Source: Lama glama (taxonomy: Eukaryota). Taken from it: a stretch of DNA of 64,000 bases. The DNA lies in the NCBI GenBank assembly GCA_028534125.1, contig CM052816.1, positions 54,562,001 to 54,626,000 of the forward strand. Direction: 5' to 3'. The notes under the pieces were generated by a model. It saw nothing but the letters and a program-made list of their open reading frames with translations. It ran no database searches and was not told the origin of the DNA. Below are positions 1 through 13,237 of this stretch, in pieces (position 1 is the first letter of the stretch; the number at the start of each line of letters is the position of its first letter). The position numbers and the translations under genes were made by a program.

Positions 1-1574
1 TTAGTCGGTTTATGATGTGAATGAATTCAGATAGCACTGGGAGTCATTACATATTTAAACAGTATTAAATGTTTCTTTTTATGAAAATCTTAATTATGAC
101 ATTCTCTGAAATCTGATTTCATAGTATTAAAATGAAGGCTTTAAGGAAAAGCATTAAATGCTAATGAAAGCTTTATTATTTCAGTATATATTCTCCTGGG
201 CCTTTGGTCAAGGTAAGTAATGATCAGATGAATGAGCTGGCAACCTTCCTGGCCTTGGAAGTCTACTAGTAATTGGAAGCTAAGTAACACACTGTGACAT
301 GTTTAAATGTATTTAATAATATTCCACCAACTTCTCCCTCTCTTGCTGTCTGGGCAATGAAACACCATGGCATTTTAACACAGATGAGGAAAGCTAGCTT
401 TTTGTTGGAAGAATTTCTGGAAGTTATCCTTACTCAGCAGACAGAAGACATTGTTTGCCGCCATCACATCAGCCTCCCTGAGTATGTCTGCTCCTCATCC
501 TCCAGGGAAGTTTTGATTTAAATGTTCTCCATCCACTCCAATTTCCAACGATCTGATAAATGTTGCTTTGGGGGGGGGGGTGAGGGTGAGGAGGGGGGAT
601 ACTTCAGTGCTCTATTCTTCAGACTTAGAACCACAAAACTCCAATGTCTGAGCAGGCAGAGTTAATGTAATCTTCAGGTAATTAGAGGAGATGCATAATT
701 TAATGAGGGGCTGCAGTCTCAGTAAGGTTCTACCACTGTGTACATATCAAACCCTTCAAAAACATGAGTAAAATATTTTGAAGGCAGAATTCGTAAGATT
801 TCCCAAAAAGGTCTGGTTTACAGGCAGATCTGAAAACATTAAAAACCACCACCACAACAAACTGCTCCTTCACCCTCCACCCCAAGAACTTTGGATTTTG
901 AAAAAACTTTGAAATGAACAGAAACTACTTTGGATTAATACTCTTTTTGGAACAATCAAGACCTTCATGCGACCACTTGGGCTTTGCATTCTACCAAATA
1001 CTATCTAGAAATACATATAAGGTCCAAGGCTGCAGCAAGTCTTGCCCAACCTGGGTGCTGCTGTCTCCCAGTGCCCAGAGCAGCGCCGGGCCTCTAGGAA
1101 GTGCCTCAAGGCTATCTGCTGAAGGAATGCACGCTGCTCAAGGATTCTTACAGAGAAGCATCTGTAATCTAGTTCTTCTTCGAGTTCCGCCTGTAGCTCC
1201 TCCGCTCCCACAGGGTACTGAGGGCCAGGGTGGCCTGCCAGATCTCCCTAGCACTTTCTCCAACGGCTGCATTTCCAAAGTCATGCAGAATCCACCCATT
1301 CTTTGAGGATGATCGTAAAGGGTCCCCCATAGTACCTTCCACCCTTTCTCACAGTCTACTGTTTACCAGTCTCCTGTTCATTCTCCAATATTTATTAAGA
1401 ATTCCAGCTCCTTATGCAGTCTTGTCCACATATCATCACCTCAGGGAATGAAGACGACCTAGCCACTTACTCACCTCATCTGTCATCCTCCCTGACTTCA
1501 ATAACCACCATCTTCACTCCGGGATTCTCCTCCTACAACCGCACACTTGGTACTGATAGCACAACGTAATTAAT

Positions 1575-1925
1575 ACAATCACTGATATTGGAGGGCTTAT
1601 TATGCACTGGACACTGCTCAGTGCCAAAAGGCCTTCTCTCATTTAAACTTCCCAACAACTCCATGAAGACATTTAGATAGAGGTTTAAATAAACTTTTAC
1701 ATGTCATTTAGTTCAGGAGTGATTTCCACCCAGGTCAGTCAGACTCTTAACCATCCCACTGGGATGAAAAGAATCAAGATTTAAACCCCAAATCTGCCAC
1801 TCTGGCACACAGAGTTTCTGACCTTGAACAAAATAAAAACCTAAGTCTCAGTTTTCCAATTCATAGAATACTGGCAGAAATAAAGAATATATATTAAGTA
1901 CTTCCTTAGAACAGTGCCTGACACA
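1575..1925. mobile_element. MIR fragments
   Basis: Degenerate MIR core-like sequence (ctcagttttcc, cttagaacagtgcctgacaca). Confidence 0.55.
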
Positions 1926-2479
1926 CCACAAATGTGTGTTTCATCCATCCTCCCAGCAAACGCTTCATGAACACCTCCTAAGCATCTAGTCCTATGGTAG
2001 GTACTGAAGATACAGCAGTGAATAAGACGATCAGGGTCCCTGCCTTCACAGGTCTACCCAACCCCTGCTGGGTGCTCAGTAATAAAACACTTGATGGAAC
2101 AAGCCCTCAAGGAGGTCTGCTAGCCTCTACTCTGCCTCTCTTCAATCAGCCACACGTAGTCAGTGGATTACAAAATCAACTTAGCGGTTGGAATCAGTGA
2201 TTTGGAAAACAAAAACAAAATTGCATTACCCAAACTAATGGCTAAGTATTAGTATACAAAACCTGTTACACATGCACACACAGACACTCACCTACTGAGC
2301 TGTGATATATATACATTGTATTTCTTAACATAGATCATGGCCAAAATGGTTTGAAAGCCATTGCTTTATACTCTCCTGTAGCCTCAGTTCCTTCCATGTA
2401 TCCTCTATCACATAAAACTCTATTCACATTCAAGCCACTTGCAGATCCCCAGGACCACTCTGCTCCTCTATTTCTATGC

Positions 2480-3330
2480 CTGTAAGTGCACAGAGCTAGA
2501 CACCAGGAATGCAGTTGAAAGAAAAACCAAAATTGTGCTTACATGGTATTTAAGAATCTAGACAAATATTACACTAATCACACTACATAACTGCTATGTA
2601 ACTGTGATATATATATATAAGTAGTCTAGATGAAACAAATATGGACTTTCAAGAACATGTACCAAAGGCCATTAGTCTAGGGAGAGAAGAGAGACTTCCC
2701 TGAAGAAGAATCAATCAGCAGAGATCTAAATAATGTCAGAGTTAAGTAGGGAAAAGGGTAGAGGAAGACCATTCCAGACAGAAGATAGGCAGGCCTCAGA
2801 TGAGAGAGGACCTGGCACGTTTGAGGAACTGGAAAAAAGGCCAGCGTCCTGGAGACCAGAGAATGAGTGGGAAGGTAAAATAGGACAGAACTGCAAAATC
2901 TGGCAGTGGCAAGACCAGGTGGGGTCTTATGGGCTAGGATTGTGTTTTCTGTCCTCACAGTAATGGGAAGCCATGGGAGGATTTAAACAGGAGATGATGA
3001 AATAGGATTTGTAAAGACACTACGTCTGCAGTGTGGAGGATGGGACAGAGGAAGGAATGACTTCAGGGGGACCAGTTGGGATGCTAGCAGAACAATCTAG
3101 ATGCGTAGTGATAGTAAATTAATTTAACAGATTGGAAATTAGGGTGAGGAGGAGATGGGGTGGTGGGAATGAAACAAGGACTGACAGTTCTAAGTCTGGG
3201 CTTGCACGCTGGACAGATGGTACTGCCAGCTGAGAGTGCACTGGAAGAGACCAGGTTTGGAGAAGACTATGGGTTCAGTCTTGGATAAGTTGCATTTATG
3301 GTGACTTTGAGCTGGACATGTATCCAGCAA
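2480..3330. mobile_element. L2 LINE fragment
   Basis: Purine-rich L2 3' region motifs (aatgggaagccatgggaggatttaaacagg, gtggaggatggg...gggagaccagtt-like). Confidence 0.7.
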
Positions 3331-3754
3331 GCCATGGGAGTATAGTTGGTAAATGAAATTGAGTATATGAGCATGAGGAAAAATACCTGGAGTTCAGCCC
3401 TGAAGGTCTCTCCACTTCCTGGCAGTGTATTCCTACTTATTATAAATGTGTAAGAATATACATAGTTAACTACACAATTTTACCTGCTTTAAAGTTCAAA
3501 TATAGAAATAATAAACATTGTTCACTCCTTGAGTAATTAATATTAACAATTTTCTATGTACCTTTTTTTAATGGGATTCTGCTATACATACTTTTCAACA
3601 TTCTGTTTTTTTAAATCAGCAATGTAATAATATTCTTCTCCATCAGGGTACAGACAGTTCTAGCTTACTCATCTGACAGCTAGAAAGTAGCACAAAGGAC
3701 GACTGCATCACATTTTAGCCAACCCCCAGCCCCCACTGACAGACAGCTGGGTTA

Positions 3755-4160
3755 TCTGGCAGACAGCTGCCTGCCCATTCAATATCTACTGTCTCCTTTC
3801 AGCCCTGCTCACTGAACCCTGATTCCAACAGCAACATGTTCAGCCCCAGGTGATGGTTCATGATTGGGTTAAGCCAGCTGAGATCATCCTTTTCAACTTC
3901 CCTTGCAGCTATGGGCAGTCATGTTATCAGGTTCTGGCTAAGGACCCCAAGGAGAAGTCTGTTGTGAGAGTTTCTCGGTAAGCTTTTGCTTTCCTGATAA
4001 AAGAGAACTAACACAAATATGGCTCTCTTTCCCTTTTCTTTCTGTTTCGGACATAAATATGATGACTGGAGTTCCAAAAGTCACTTTGCAACTACAAGGC
4101 CATAAGCCAGCACTAAGAGTTGTAAAGCAGAAATGCAAAGACAAAGCTTTGGCCCTGATA
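3755..4160. mobile_element. Ancient MaLR LTR (MLT1J/K-like)
   Basis: Motifs gattgggttaagcca, cccttgcagct, ttttgctttcctgataaaag recalled from old MLT1 LTRs. Confidence 0.5.
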
Positions 4161-5079
4161 CACAGAGACACACACAAAGCACTGACTCATTTTAAAGAAT
4201 CCAAATATATTTCCACTTAAAAGCTTGAGAAAGTAAAATGAAATGTTTTACATCAAAGATTCAAGGCAGAACTATAAGTGATGCCCTACAAAAATAAGAA
4301 GCACACTTGGAACAACACAGTGGGGAAAGTACTTTCAACTGTTCCTGAGAATGCCTTTAGGTAAGGGGTCCAGAAACGCCTTTCTGGCTCCCTCCAAGCA
4401 CATCCCTCTGTCCCACACCTCAACGAGCTGGCCTTTGTACATCATCTCTGACACCTCTTGCTTCCCCTTGTTAGATATTTATTTCTTTTGTCTGATATCT
4501 GAAAATGTGCCAAATTAAGAAATAATCTTTTACGTGAAAAGTTGGAAGGCGTTTGATTTGGGTGAGCTGTAAGTTTTTATAAGTCTACAACTAGAATAAG
4601 TGAAATATCAGACGTAAAAACTTTTGAAAGGCAAAAAAACCCCTCTTTTTTTGAGAAAAAGTGCTTCCTAACTAATTCTAGAAAATGATTTGTGTTATTT
4701 TACTGTAATGGTGATGGTTTCTTCTGTTCTTAATTTTGTCAGCTTCTAATGTTCTGGCAAAAAAATAAGATTAGATTTCTCAAAATTCAGCAACTTACAG
4801 CTCAGCTTAAAATAAACATTTAAAAGCTATTAAATTAATAAATTTATACTGTGTGAATAAACTGTAATTTAAAATATTAGACACAAAACAATTTTATGTA
4901 TAACTCAAGTTGTACACAATCCACATTTATGCTTCTAAACAAATAGAAGCTCACATTTGTACTACTTTTACAGTTTACAAAGTGCTTTTATATACATTTT
5001 CTCATTTTCTATTCAAGACAAACATGTGAGATTAATATTCTTATTTCCTAGGTAGAAAGAGAACCAGACATTATTCAGT

Positions 5080-6929
5080 GCTTTAATCAGTATACAGTAT
5101 AGCCCTGAGACTTTAGATCTGCAAAGGGTTTTAATAATGCAAATATCACATGTATTTCAATTTTTATCACCATTTTCAAGTTTCCATTTTCTTAACAAAA
5201 GAAAACAATGAAAAAGTTTTCCACAATCCAATTTTAAAAATGGGAAATATATACACAGTTGTATACTAACCCAGTGCATGAGAGCTACCAGAAGCAAGTT
5301 TACTGAGAATCCTATATTGTTACCTATATACATGGCACCAGTATCAGAACCACATTTAGACAAGTAATTTTTCTACTTCAGAGAAAATACTGCAGGACAC
5401 TCCTACTGCCTCCAAGCCTAACGTACATATATATGTGTTAAGGTATGCAGGTCGCCAGGAAGGATATAGAAAAATACTTAACCTAAATTTGGAGTTATAG
5501 GACCTCTGATTATCCCATCTTAGGCCTCTAGTGGACTTGACAGTTGTTTGGGCATATGTCTCATCTTTAATAATACATATTTTTCTTTTCACACCCCACT
5601 TTGTTCATTAAGTATCCTGTACCATTTAGACTAGAAATTCCAACAAGGAGCCTTTCTTTCTGAATTATCTTCCCCACGGTGTAATATTTTCCAGAATTTT
5701 CCTTTCCCATTTCTAAATCTTTCTAAATCTTAAAGATATTTCTTTATAGCAGATGAAGGAGATATAGTTTATATTCACTGCAAGAAACAGCTCAGTTCCA
5801 GCATGGATTTCCCAGCAAAAAGCTGAGAGAAGAGCTGAACAGAGAGGAAAAGAACAGTGATGACTGGCAGGGCAGTGACACCTGCATTCGGACAGCTGCA
5901 GTGCAGGGCTCCAAAGATCTACGGTTGTCCCTCTGTTACTGCGCTGCCAATCTCAGCAGGAAAATTCTGGCTGGTCATGAGTTCCAAGCAGACCAGTATC
6001 CTTAAATCACAGGTTCAATGAATCACTCTTCTTGATGCTGTAATGTTTTTATTGTAAAATTTTATCATAATTTATTTGTAATTATGTATAATGTTTTATT
6101 GCATTTGAAAATATTTTCAATAAGTATCTTGAGTTTGAGGCCTAGGCTAGGTAATCCTTTTGCACTAGAAATCAGATTTCTCCAACACAACTCCATTGCC
6201 AGCAATGGGATTTATCAAAACTACAAATGCCAGCACATTGAATATTTCAATACTGTACTCAATTGTTCATATCTAAATATTTCAGCTATGGAACAAACCA
6301 AAGGCGAATGCTTAATATATAGTACAAATCAATAGATTCTTCATAGAAGAAAACAATGAAAGACTAATTTTCTACAATATGTCACCTGTCCATTAGTTCT
6401 TCAATAATATTACCTAGGTTATTCCAAAAATAATAAAATTTACACACCACTACCCATGTTTTCTCAACATTTTCTATCTAAGTTCTCAAGGGCATAAACA
6501 AGAATGCACAAAGGCAGAATCATTTTTATACCTTTTGATGTTTCTTTTGTTGTACATCTTAAAGTAACGAGTATTACGGAGACAAGGACAAATGTTCATT
6601 TAAGTCATGTCAGTGGTTACATGAATTTTGCTTATATGGCTAGTTGCTCATATAGGTCTTGCAAATGACAAAATAACAAAGTTTGATAAGCTCATCCATG
6701 CCCTGTGAACTTGAGTCCACTCACAGCGTAACTGGATTCAGTCACTATTAGTTTTTAAAAATGTTTTTCAAAAGCTGCAAACCACACTTCATTACACAAG
6801 TCTGAATCATGAAAGGGTAAATTGTGACACCTCCCTCATGCCACTGACTCTCGGCAGGAAAATTTCTGCAAAAAAAAACAAGAGTTTCTAAACTCTGTAA
6901 AAACACTTACTTGTTTCTATGACTGACCT
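5080..6929 (-). other. AGGF1: Probable AGGF1 3' UTR (end uncertain)
   Basis: Follows the stop codon; minus-strand AATAAA at 6048-6053, 6071-6076, 6095-6100 and ATTAAA at 5130-5135, 5082-5087. Confidence 0.55.
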
Positions 6930-7130
6930 TCACTCTACAGTCCCTTTGACCCAAGGCACGGTCCCTGGTGCATCTTTTTGAGATTTTGTTTCTGGGAAGT
7001 TTTCAGCAAATCTCTCTCGTGCTTTTTCCCAGTTCTTTTTGCTTTTGTTTTGGAGAAGGTGAACATCTTCAATTGAGGATGGTTTGCCTGTTCCCAGGCC
7101 TGCGTGTGACCGCCGAAGTTGAAGCTGGAT
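6930..7130 (-). CDS. AGGF1: AGGF1 exon 14, coding part (end of G-patch, stop TGA)
   Basis: IQLQLRRSHAGLGTGKPSSIEDVHLLQNKSKKNWEKARERFAENFPETKSQKDAPGTVPWVKGTVE*; 201 nt. Confidence 0.97.
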   Translation of the reverse strand: MQLQLRRSHAGLGTGKPSSIEDVHLLQNKSKKNWEKARERFAENFPETKSQKDAPGTVPWVKGTVE

Positions 7131-8413
7131 CTATTACCAAAAGTTGAGCAGAGGACTTACTGTAGCATCTAAACACATTGAAATCTTCTGTATCCAAGTT
7201 GTACTTTAACTATAATTCTGTGATTTAGAAAAGACTGATGCATGAGAAAAAACTGCCAAATGCATCAAACACATACAGGAATACACACATGGCTGTACAT
7301 GGGGCTTACATTCATTTTTCTACATTGTCTTTCTTGTCAGTAAATACAGCTGACTCTATGGAAATAAGAGTTCTCCTTAAACAGCAATCACCAAATTTCA
7401 CTGAAATGCTGCAGAATCAGTCTGTCATCCACTCTAACCAGAAGCGAAGGCAAAGGATGTATGTATTTAAACCTACTGAATTAGCCTCACCTAAGTTAAT
7501 GAACAGGTAGGTTAAACATTAAGCGTCATAAAGAGAGACTTTGATTGTTTATTTTCATAAAAGGAGGGGAAGACTTCTCATTATTTTGAGAAATATCATG
7601 AGCTACTTGTTACTGAGTGTCTAATGTAGGTCAGGCACCATCCTAGGGGCTTTATTTTCAGACATCCCTGAAAAAGTTCTCATTATCTCCATTTTTACGC
7701 ATGAAAACTGAAGCCCAAACGTGCCCTAAGTCACAAATCTAGTGCTAATGCACATATTCTAACCTGACTACAAAACCCATGTTCTTCCCATTGTACCTCA
7801 ATGAAATGAGAAAATTTACATTAAACTCACATTGATGCATCCATTATTTCTTTAGGTATCAAGTAATTACCAAGAAAGTTCTTTAGTCTTATTACTTTGT
7901 AAGGTTTCTGTGAAAGAGAATCTGAACCTCTGACGTACCATGGGACAGCAGAATTAAAGCGCTGTGTGCTTTCCAGACATTATTTGCTACTGCTTGTTAC
8001 ATGTGATGAATCTTGAACCTAAAACAGATTCTCCAGCTAGTGCAGAATCTGCCTGTTTGTAAAGTAACACTGTGATCGTCCCTGCATGTTTAGTACCAGG
8101 CATAGTAAAGAAGTCATTAAAAATAACTAAGAGACATAGAACCTCTGACTAAAACATTTACTATCTTAGTTTGTTGAAAGAAAAAACTCTACGAGAGTTC
8201 CTAAAAACATTAAAAAGAAAACAATGCATAAACATATATATATACACATACACATATATATATTTGGTAACTGTGATTGCCACAAAGACAATAATCGCAT
8301 CCTTTTGCTTGCAACAATACTCCTAGCACTTAAGGCAATGCCTGGCATATAGTGATTACACAGTAAATGTATGTGTTGTAAGAATCAAGAATGAAAGAAA
8401 ACATAAGTCTTAC

Positions 8414-8513
8414 CGGAGTTTTCATTCCTCCACCATCCTTCCCTAGGCCCTCTCCTTTTTTCCAACCCATCTTCTCCAACATCTTCCGACCTTTGTTGCT
8501 ATCGGTAATTTCA
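8414..8513 (-). CDS. AGGF1: AGGF1 exon 13 (G-patch)
   Basis: (S)EITDSNKGRKMLEKMGWKKGEGLGKDGGGMKTP, canonical G-patch; 100 nt. Confidence 0.97.
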
Positions 8514-8579
8514 CTTTAAAGAAAATTAAGCTGACAGTTGATTTCTAAAAAAGCTATTTAAGTCACATTTATAATTAAT

Positions 8580-9125
8580 TAGTGAATTAAAAATAATTTG
8601 TACAACTACTTAAGAAAACTATTTGACATTACCTAATAAAGTTGAAGATACACATATTCTAGCCCTACATATACTGCTTAACAGAAAAGCACATACATGG
8701 TGCACCAAAAAGACATGGACAGGAATGTTTATGCAGCAAATCTAATTTTAACCACAAATTAGAAACAATCCAGATGTCCATCAGTGGTAAAGTGGATAAA
8801 CTGGGGCATATTCATACAAAAGAGTATTACACAGCAATGAAAATAAAACAGACCTAACAAAGTAATGCTGGACAAAAAGAATATCGACACAAAATTAATA
8901 CTAAATTACTCTACTTATTTAAAATTCAAAAATGAGTGAAATTAATCTGATGCTGTTGGAAGGAGGAGAGAGGAATAGTGATTAGGAAGAGGCACTGGAA
9001 TGGTAGGTTTCTGGGGTCACTGATAATTTTCTATTTCTTGATCGAGACGTGTATTCTGCAATGTGTTAATCTTATGTCATTGGTACTGATACTTTTATTT
9101 GTGGATGCAACATCAATAAAATAGT
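8580..9125 (+). mobile_element. Old L1 (L1MC/ME-like) 3' fragment
   Basis: gaaacaatccagatgtccatcagtggtaaagtggataaac...attacacagcaatgaaa. Confidence 0.75.
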
Positions 9126-9926
9126 TAAAACAAAATGAAACTAAGCCCTTATTAACTATTTGCATTTTGTTTTACGATGTTATGGTGTGCTAATTAAAGG
9201 GTATTTTATGTTGTATCACATTGTCTTTTCAGTTCTACAGAATACGTTAAATCAGCTCTTCAATAACAATAAACCAAGCAATGTCAGACCAATGTGTTTC
9301 ATTTTTATTTCTGCCTTCTAATTTAACTATAATGTAATCTTCATATTCTCCAGCAATTATTTTAAAAACACTAGTCATGTTGCTTCATGTACCTAATTTT
9401 TAATACTGTATTTCATCAAATCTGGCTCCATAAATTGTAAGATGCACTGTTATTTTATGTTTATCAATGTTATTTTGCTAAAAGAAAAAAACTGAATCAA
9501 AGAAAAACAAGTAAGAAAAATACTATTTCAGGGTCAAGAACAAAAGTTGTTGACTATTAAAATAATGATTAAAAATTATCAGTCCATACCAACGTCCTAC
9601 TAGCCCAGCCTTCTAAATATCTAGTATATAAAAGTATGCTCACTCAATTGAGTGACTAGAATGTTAGCCATGCACACATATGTGTCTAAGTTTGTATGTG
9701 TTAAATATGTATGTATACATACTCACATATGTGATCAGTAATCTTCCAGGGAATATAAGAATTCTAATAATAGAGAAAAATGTAAATAGATGTTGAGTTT
9801 CCATCTTGTTCTGAATCATTCCTTTCAAGGCCATCTATCAGATTATACAGCCCTATAAATCAGATTAACCTACGAAAGTGATTATGGTACAAAGAATGTT
9901 TCAAGCAATTAAAATTTAATACTTAC

Positions 9927-10054
9927 GAATGAATAGATGCAGGAGCATCATCTCTTTGGAAAGTTCCTTCACTTCCAATCTGCTCCCTACGTTTTCCAGC
10001 TCTATCTTTGTATTTTGGATTCTTCAATGCCTTTTCATCTTCGTAGTCTGTATT
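9927..10054 (-). CDS. AGGF1: AGGF1 exon 12
   Basis: NTDYEDEKALKNPKYKDRAGKRREQIGSEGTFQRDDAPASIH(S); donor TC|GTAAGT; 128 nt. Confidence 0.96.
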
Positions 10055-11204
10055 CTTTATAAACACGAAATATTTGAGAAAACAAAACTGATAAATTAAA
10101 ATATAATGTCCATATATTTGCCTTGCTTAGCAAATATGATTCAATGTTGTCCCTATTAAGCAAGCTATTATATAAATTAAGACATTATGTAATTGAATAT
10201 TTTTATTCTATCCTCTTTAAAATGTTTATTTCAAGTCATTTCAAGTTGTGTTACAACATAAGTTGTATACAGAAGATAATATAGAGCATATACAAATTGT
10301 AACATATTATCATAAGATAATTTAGTGAAAATACAGTATATTTTGCATTAATACTGTGTACTCATATTCTCATATGAACTACCAGTATTCAAAGAAATAT
10401 GCAGAATCCCTGGGGTTGGAAAAAAAATCTATTTCTCCTTTTCTCTAAGGAACTCCAAGTTCCAAAAGACTAAAATAGTTTGATACTGTTCATTGGAAGA
10501 GAAAAATGTTTAGTCTTTAACAAAATGGATAAAAAGCAAATACTGACCATAGCAGCTTTTTGCTCCAACATAGCTTCATTTAATATGATTAGTCACCTGA
10601 CAAGTATTTTCTGAGTAGAGTATGTTAAGCCCTGTGCCAGGTGACAGAATGCAAAGAAGTTTATAATCCTGAAGCGCAGACACACACAGTCTTTGGCATG
10701 TGCAGCATGACCGGCTCAACAACACAGCTATGCACAGATAGGGACAGTGGCACCAAAGGGGTAGGCAATTCAGCTTGGAGCTTCAAAGGCAGCTTTTCTT
10801 TCCCTTTGTTATTTATTACTTGATGATCTTTACACAAAAAGTACAACATTTATCCACAAAGAGGCTAGGGACTGCTAGAGCAATGCAAGGAAAGTACCAC
10901 AGAAGTTTTTACTTAATTTTGCTTTTAAATAGAGAAGAAAAGTATAGAACCACCAACCTTAATGGGTATTTGCCCAGAAAATGATATAGAAACTGAGTTA
11001 AAATTTTTGAGAAAGCATTTTGGCAGCATCTTTTCCAACATGTTCATAAAGTGTAAAAAGCAGTGGACAAATACACTTAAGATCTAGCTTCTACTTCTAG
11101 CTTTGTCAGTTAGTAGCTGGGGGGACCCTTAGCTTTAGTTTCTCCAAAGTAAACTGACAATATTAATTACTTTCCTGGTCTGCTTATGGGATTAAATTGT
11201 AACT

Positions 11205-12900
11205 TTTTTAACTGCCTCACTGAGGTGTAAATTAACATACAATAAATTACCCATTAAGTGTACAATTAGGTACTTTTCAGATTTGTGTACACTATAAACC
11301 ATCACAATTAACATCATAACACATTCATTTCCCACAAAAGTAACCTCATCCTTTGTAATCCATCCCTCCAGACCTATGCCCAGTGCATCCTTCCTCTCCT
11401 GTATCCAGGCAAATACTTATCTTTCTACCAGGATACATTAGTTTGCTTTCCTAGAACTTCATAGAAATGGAAGTATACAACATGTACAGTTGATTCTTGA
11501 ACAACATGGGTCTGAACGTCGTGGGTCCACTTACACACAGGTTTTTTTCCAATAGTAAATACTACATTACTACACAATCTGCATTTGGTTAAATCTGCAG
11601 ATAGAAAATCCCGGATATAGAGGAACTGTGGATATGGAAGGCTGAGTACAAGTTATATGCAGATTTTCAACCAAGGCGAGGGTCCATGTCCCTAATCCCA
11701 GTGTTAAATGGTCCAACTGTACTCTTTTTGTCTGGCTCTTTCACTCAGCATAATTATTTTGATATTTGTCCATATTGTAGCCTGTATCAACAGCTTATGC
11801 TTTTTTATTGCTGAAGAGAATCTGACCATGTAGAGATAACATAGTTTGTTTATCAATTTATGATGGACACGTGAGTTTTTTTCCAGTTTTTGACTATTAG
11901 AAAAAAAGCTGCTGTAAGCATTTGTTTACTAGTCTCTGTATGAACATATGCTTTCATTTCTCTTGGGTAAACACCCCGAAGTAGAATGGTGAATCCTAAA
12001 AGTGTAATTTTACTTTTAGAGAATCTACTAAACTGTTTTCCAAAGCAATCATACAATTTTATATTCTCATAAGCAGTTATGAGGGTTCCAGTTCCTCCAC
12101 ATGCCCTTCGTATGGCCAGTCTTTTTAACTGGTTTTAATTTGCATGTCCCTAATGATTAATGACACTGAATATCTTTTCATGTATCTATATGCCATCTGT
12201 GCATCTGCTTTGGTGAAGTGTCTATTCAAATCTTTAGCTCATTTTTTAAACTGTTTTCCCTTATTGAATTTTGAAAGTTCTTTACATATTTTAGGTATAA
12301 GATGCATGATTTTTATCAGATAGATAAATTACAAATATTTTTCCCAGTCTGTGGCTTATCTTTTTATTCTCTTAATAGTGTCTTCGGAAGAACAGAAGTT
12401 TTTGAGGAAGTGCAATTTTTTTTTAAGAATTGTGCATTTGGTGTTTTGGTGTTAGATATTCAAAAAATCTTTGCCCAACTTTTTTTTTTTAAAGGTTTAC
12501 TTCTAGGAGTTTTTTAGTCTTAAGTTTTAAATTTATATGTATAATCTATTTTGAGCTCATTTTTATATGTTATGAGGTATGGATCAAAGTTGTTGTTGTT
12601 GGTTTTTGCATATGGCTACCCAATTGTTCCAGCATTGTTTGTTGAAACAAGACCATCCTTTCTCCACTGAACTGCTTTCACATCCTTGTTGAAAATCACA
12701 CATATACACACAAAAACACACAAACGAGTACACATTTACCTACATATCTATCTGTCTATGTAGGTCTATTTCTGGACTCATTATTCTGTTCCATCAACAT
12801 ATTTGTTTTTCTTTATGCAAATACTATATTGTCTTTATTACTGTAGTTTATAGTAAGTCTTGAAATCAGGAAGTATAAATTCTCCAACTATGTTCTTCAA
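11205..12900 (-). mobile_element. L1 (L1MB/MC-like) 3' fragment, interrupted by a Tigger MITE
   Basis: Antisense L1 ORF2-end/3'UTR motifs throughout; ORF 11853..12056 shows L1 ORF2 C-terminal remnant (GVYPREMKAYVHTET...). Confidence 0.85.
11487..11719. mobile_element. Tigger2-family non-autonomous DNA transposon (TcMar)
   Basis: TA|CAGTTGATTCTTGAACAAC ... GGTCCAACTG|TA: terminal inverted repeats and TA TSD. Confidence 0.85.
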
Positions 12901-13154
12901 TGGTATCATTTTAATGTTAAGTGTTTTCAAAACCAGAACTGGCTATTCAAACGTAGGGTATCATCATCACTCTTCTACTCCAACATCAACAGTTGCTGAG
13001 GTAAACAGTAAACAACTAACAGGAATTACATAAATCTCAAAATCATTCTAAATAGCTCTTTTTATATATAAAATGGACTATACTTATTTAAAGGCAGTTT
13101 TTCACAAAACCAGATGCACAGTTTAACACATGCAACAATATTTAACATCCTTAC

Positions 13155-13237
13155 CTGCAAACCATATTTTACTCGTATTTTCTTTAATTCTTTTCTCCTT
13201 TCCAACTCTTTCTCCTCCTTACTTAGTGCTGGGCCAA
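13155..13237 (-). CDS. AGGF1: AGGF1 exon 11
   Basis: (V)GPALSKEEKELERRKELKKIRVKYGLQ; donor CAG|GTAAG; 83 nt. Confidence 0.96.

Noticed and set aside
568..598. G-run / G-quadruplex candidate
   Set aside because: Simple poly-G tract, common in mammalian DNA, with no functional context
914..1451. 130-aa ORF as a possible ZBED3 or other gene
   Set aside because: No BED zinc finger or other domain and no supporting exon structure
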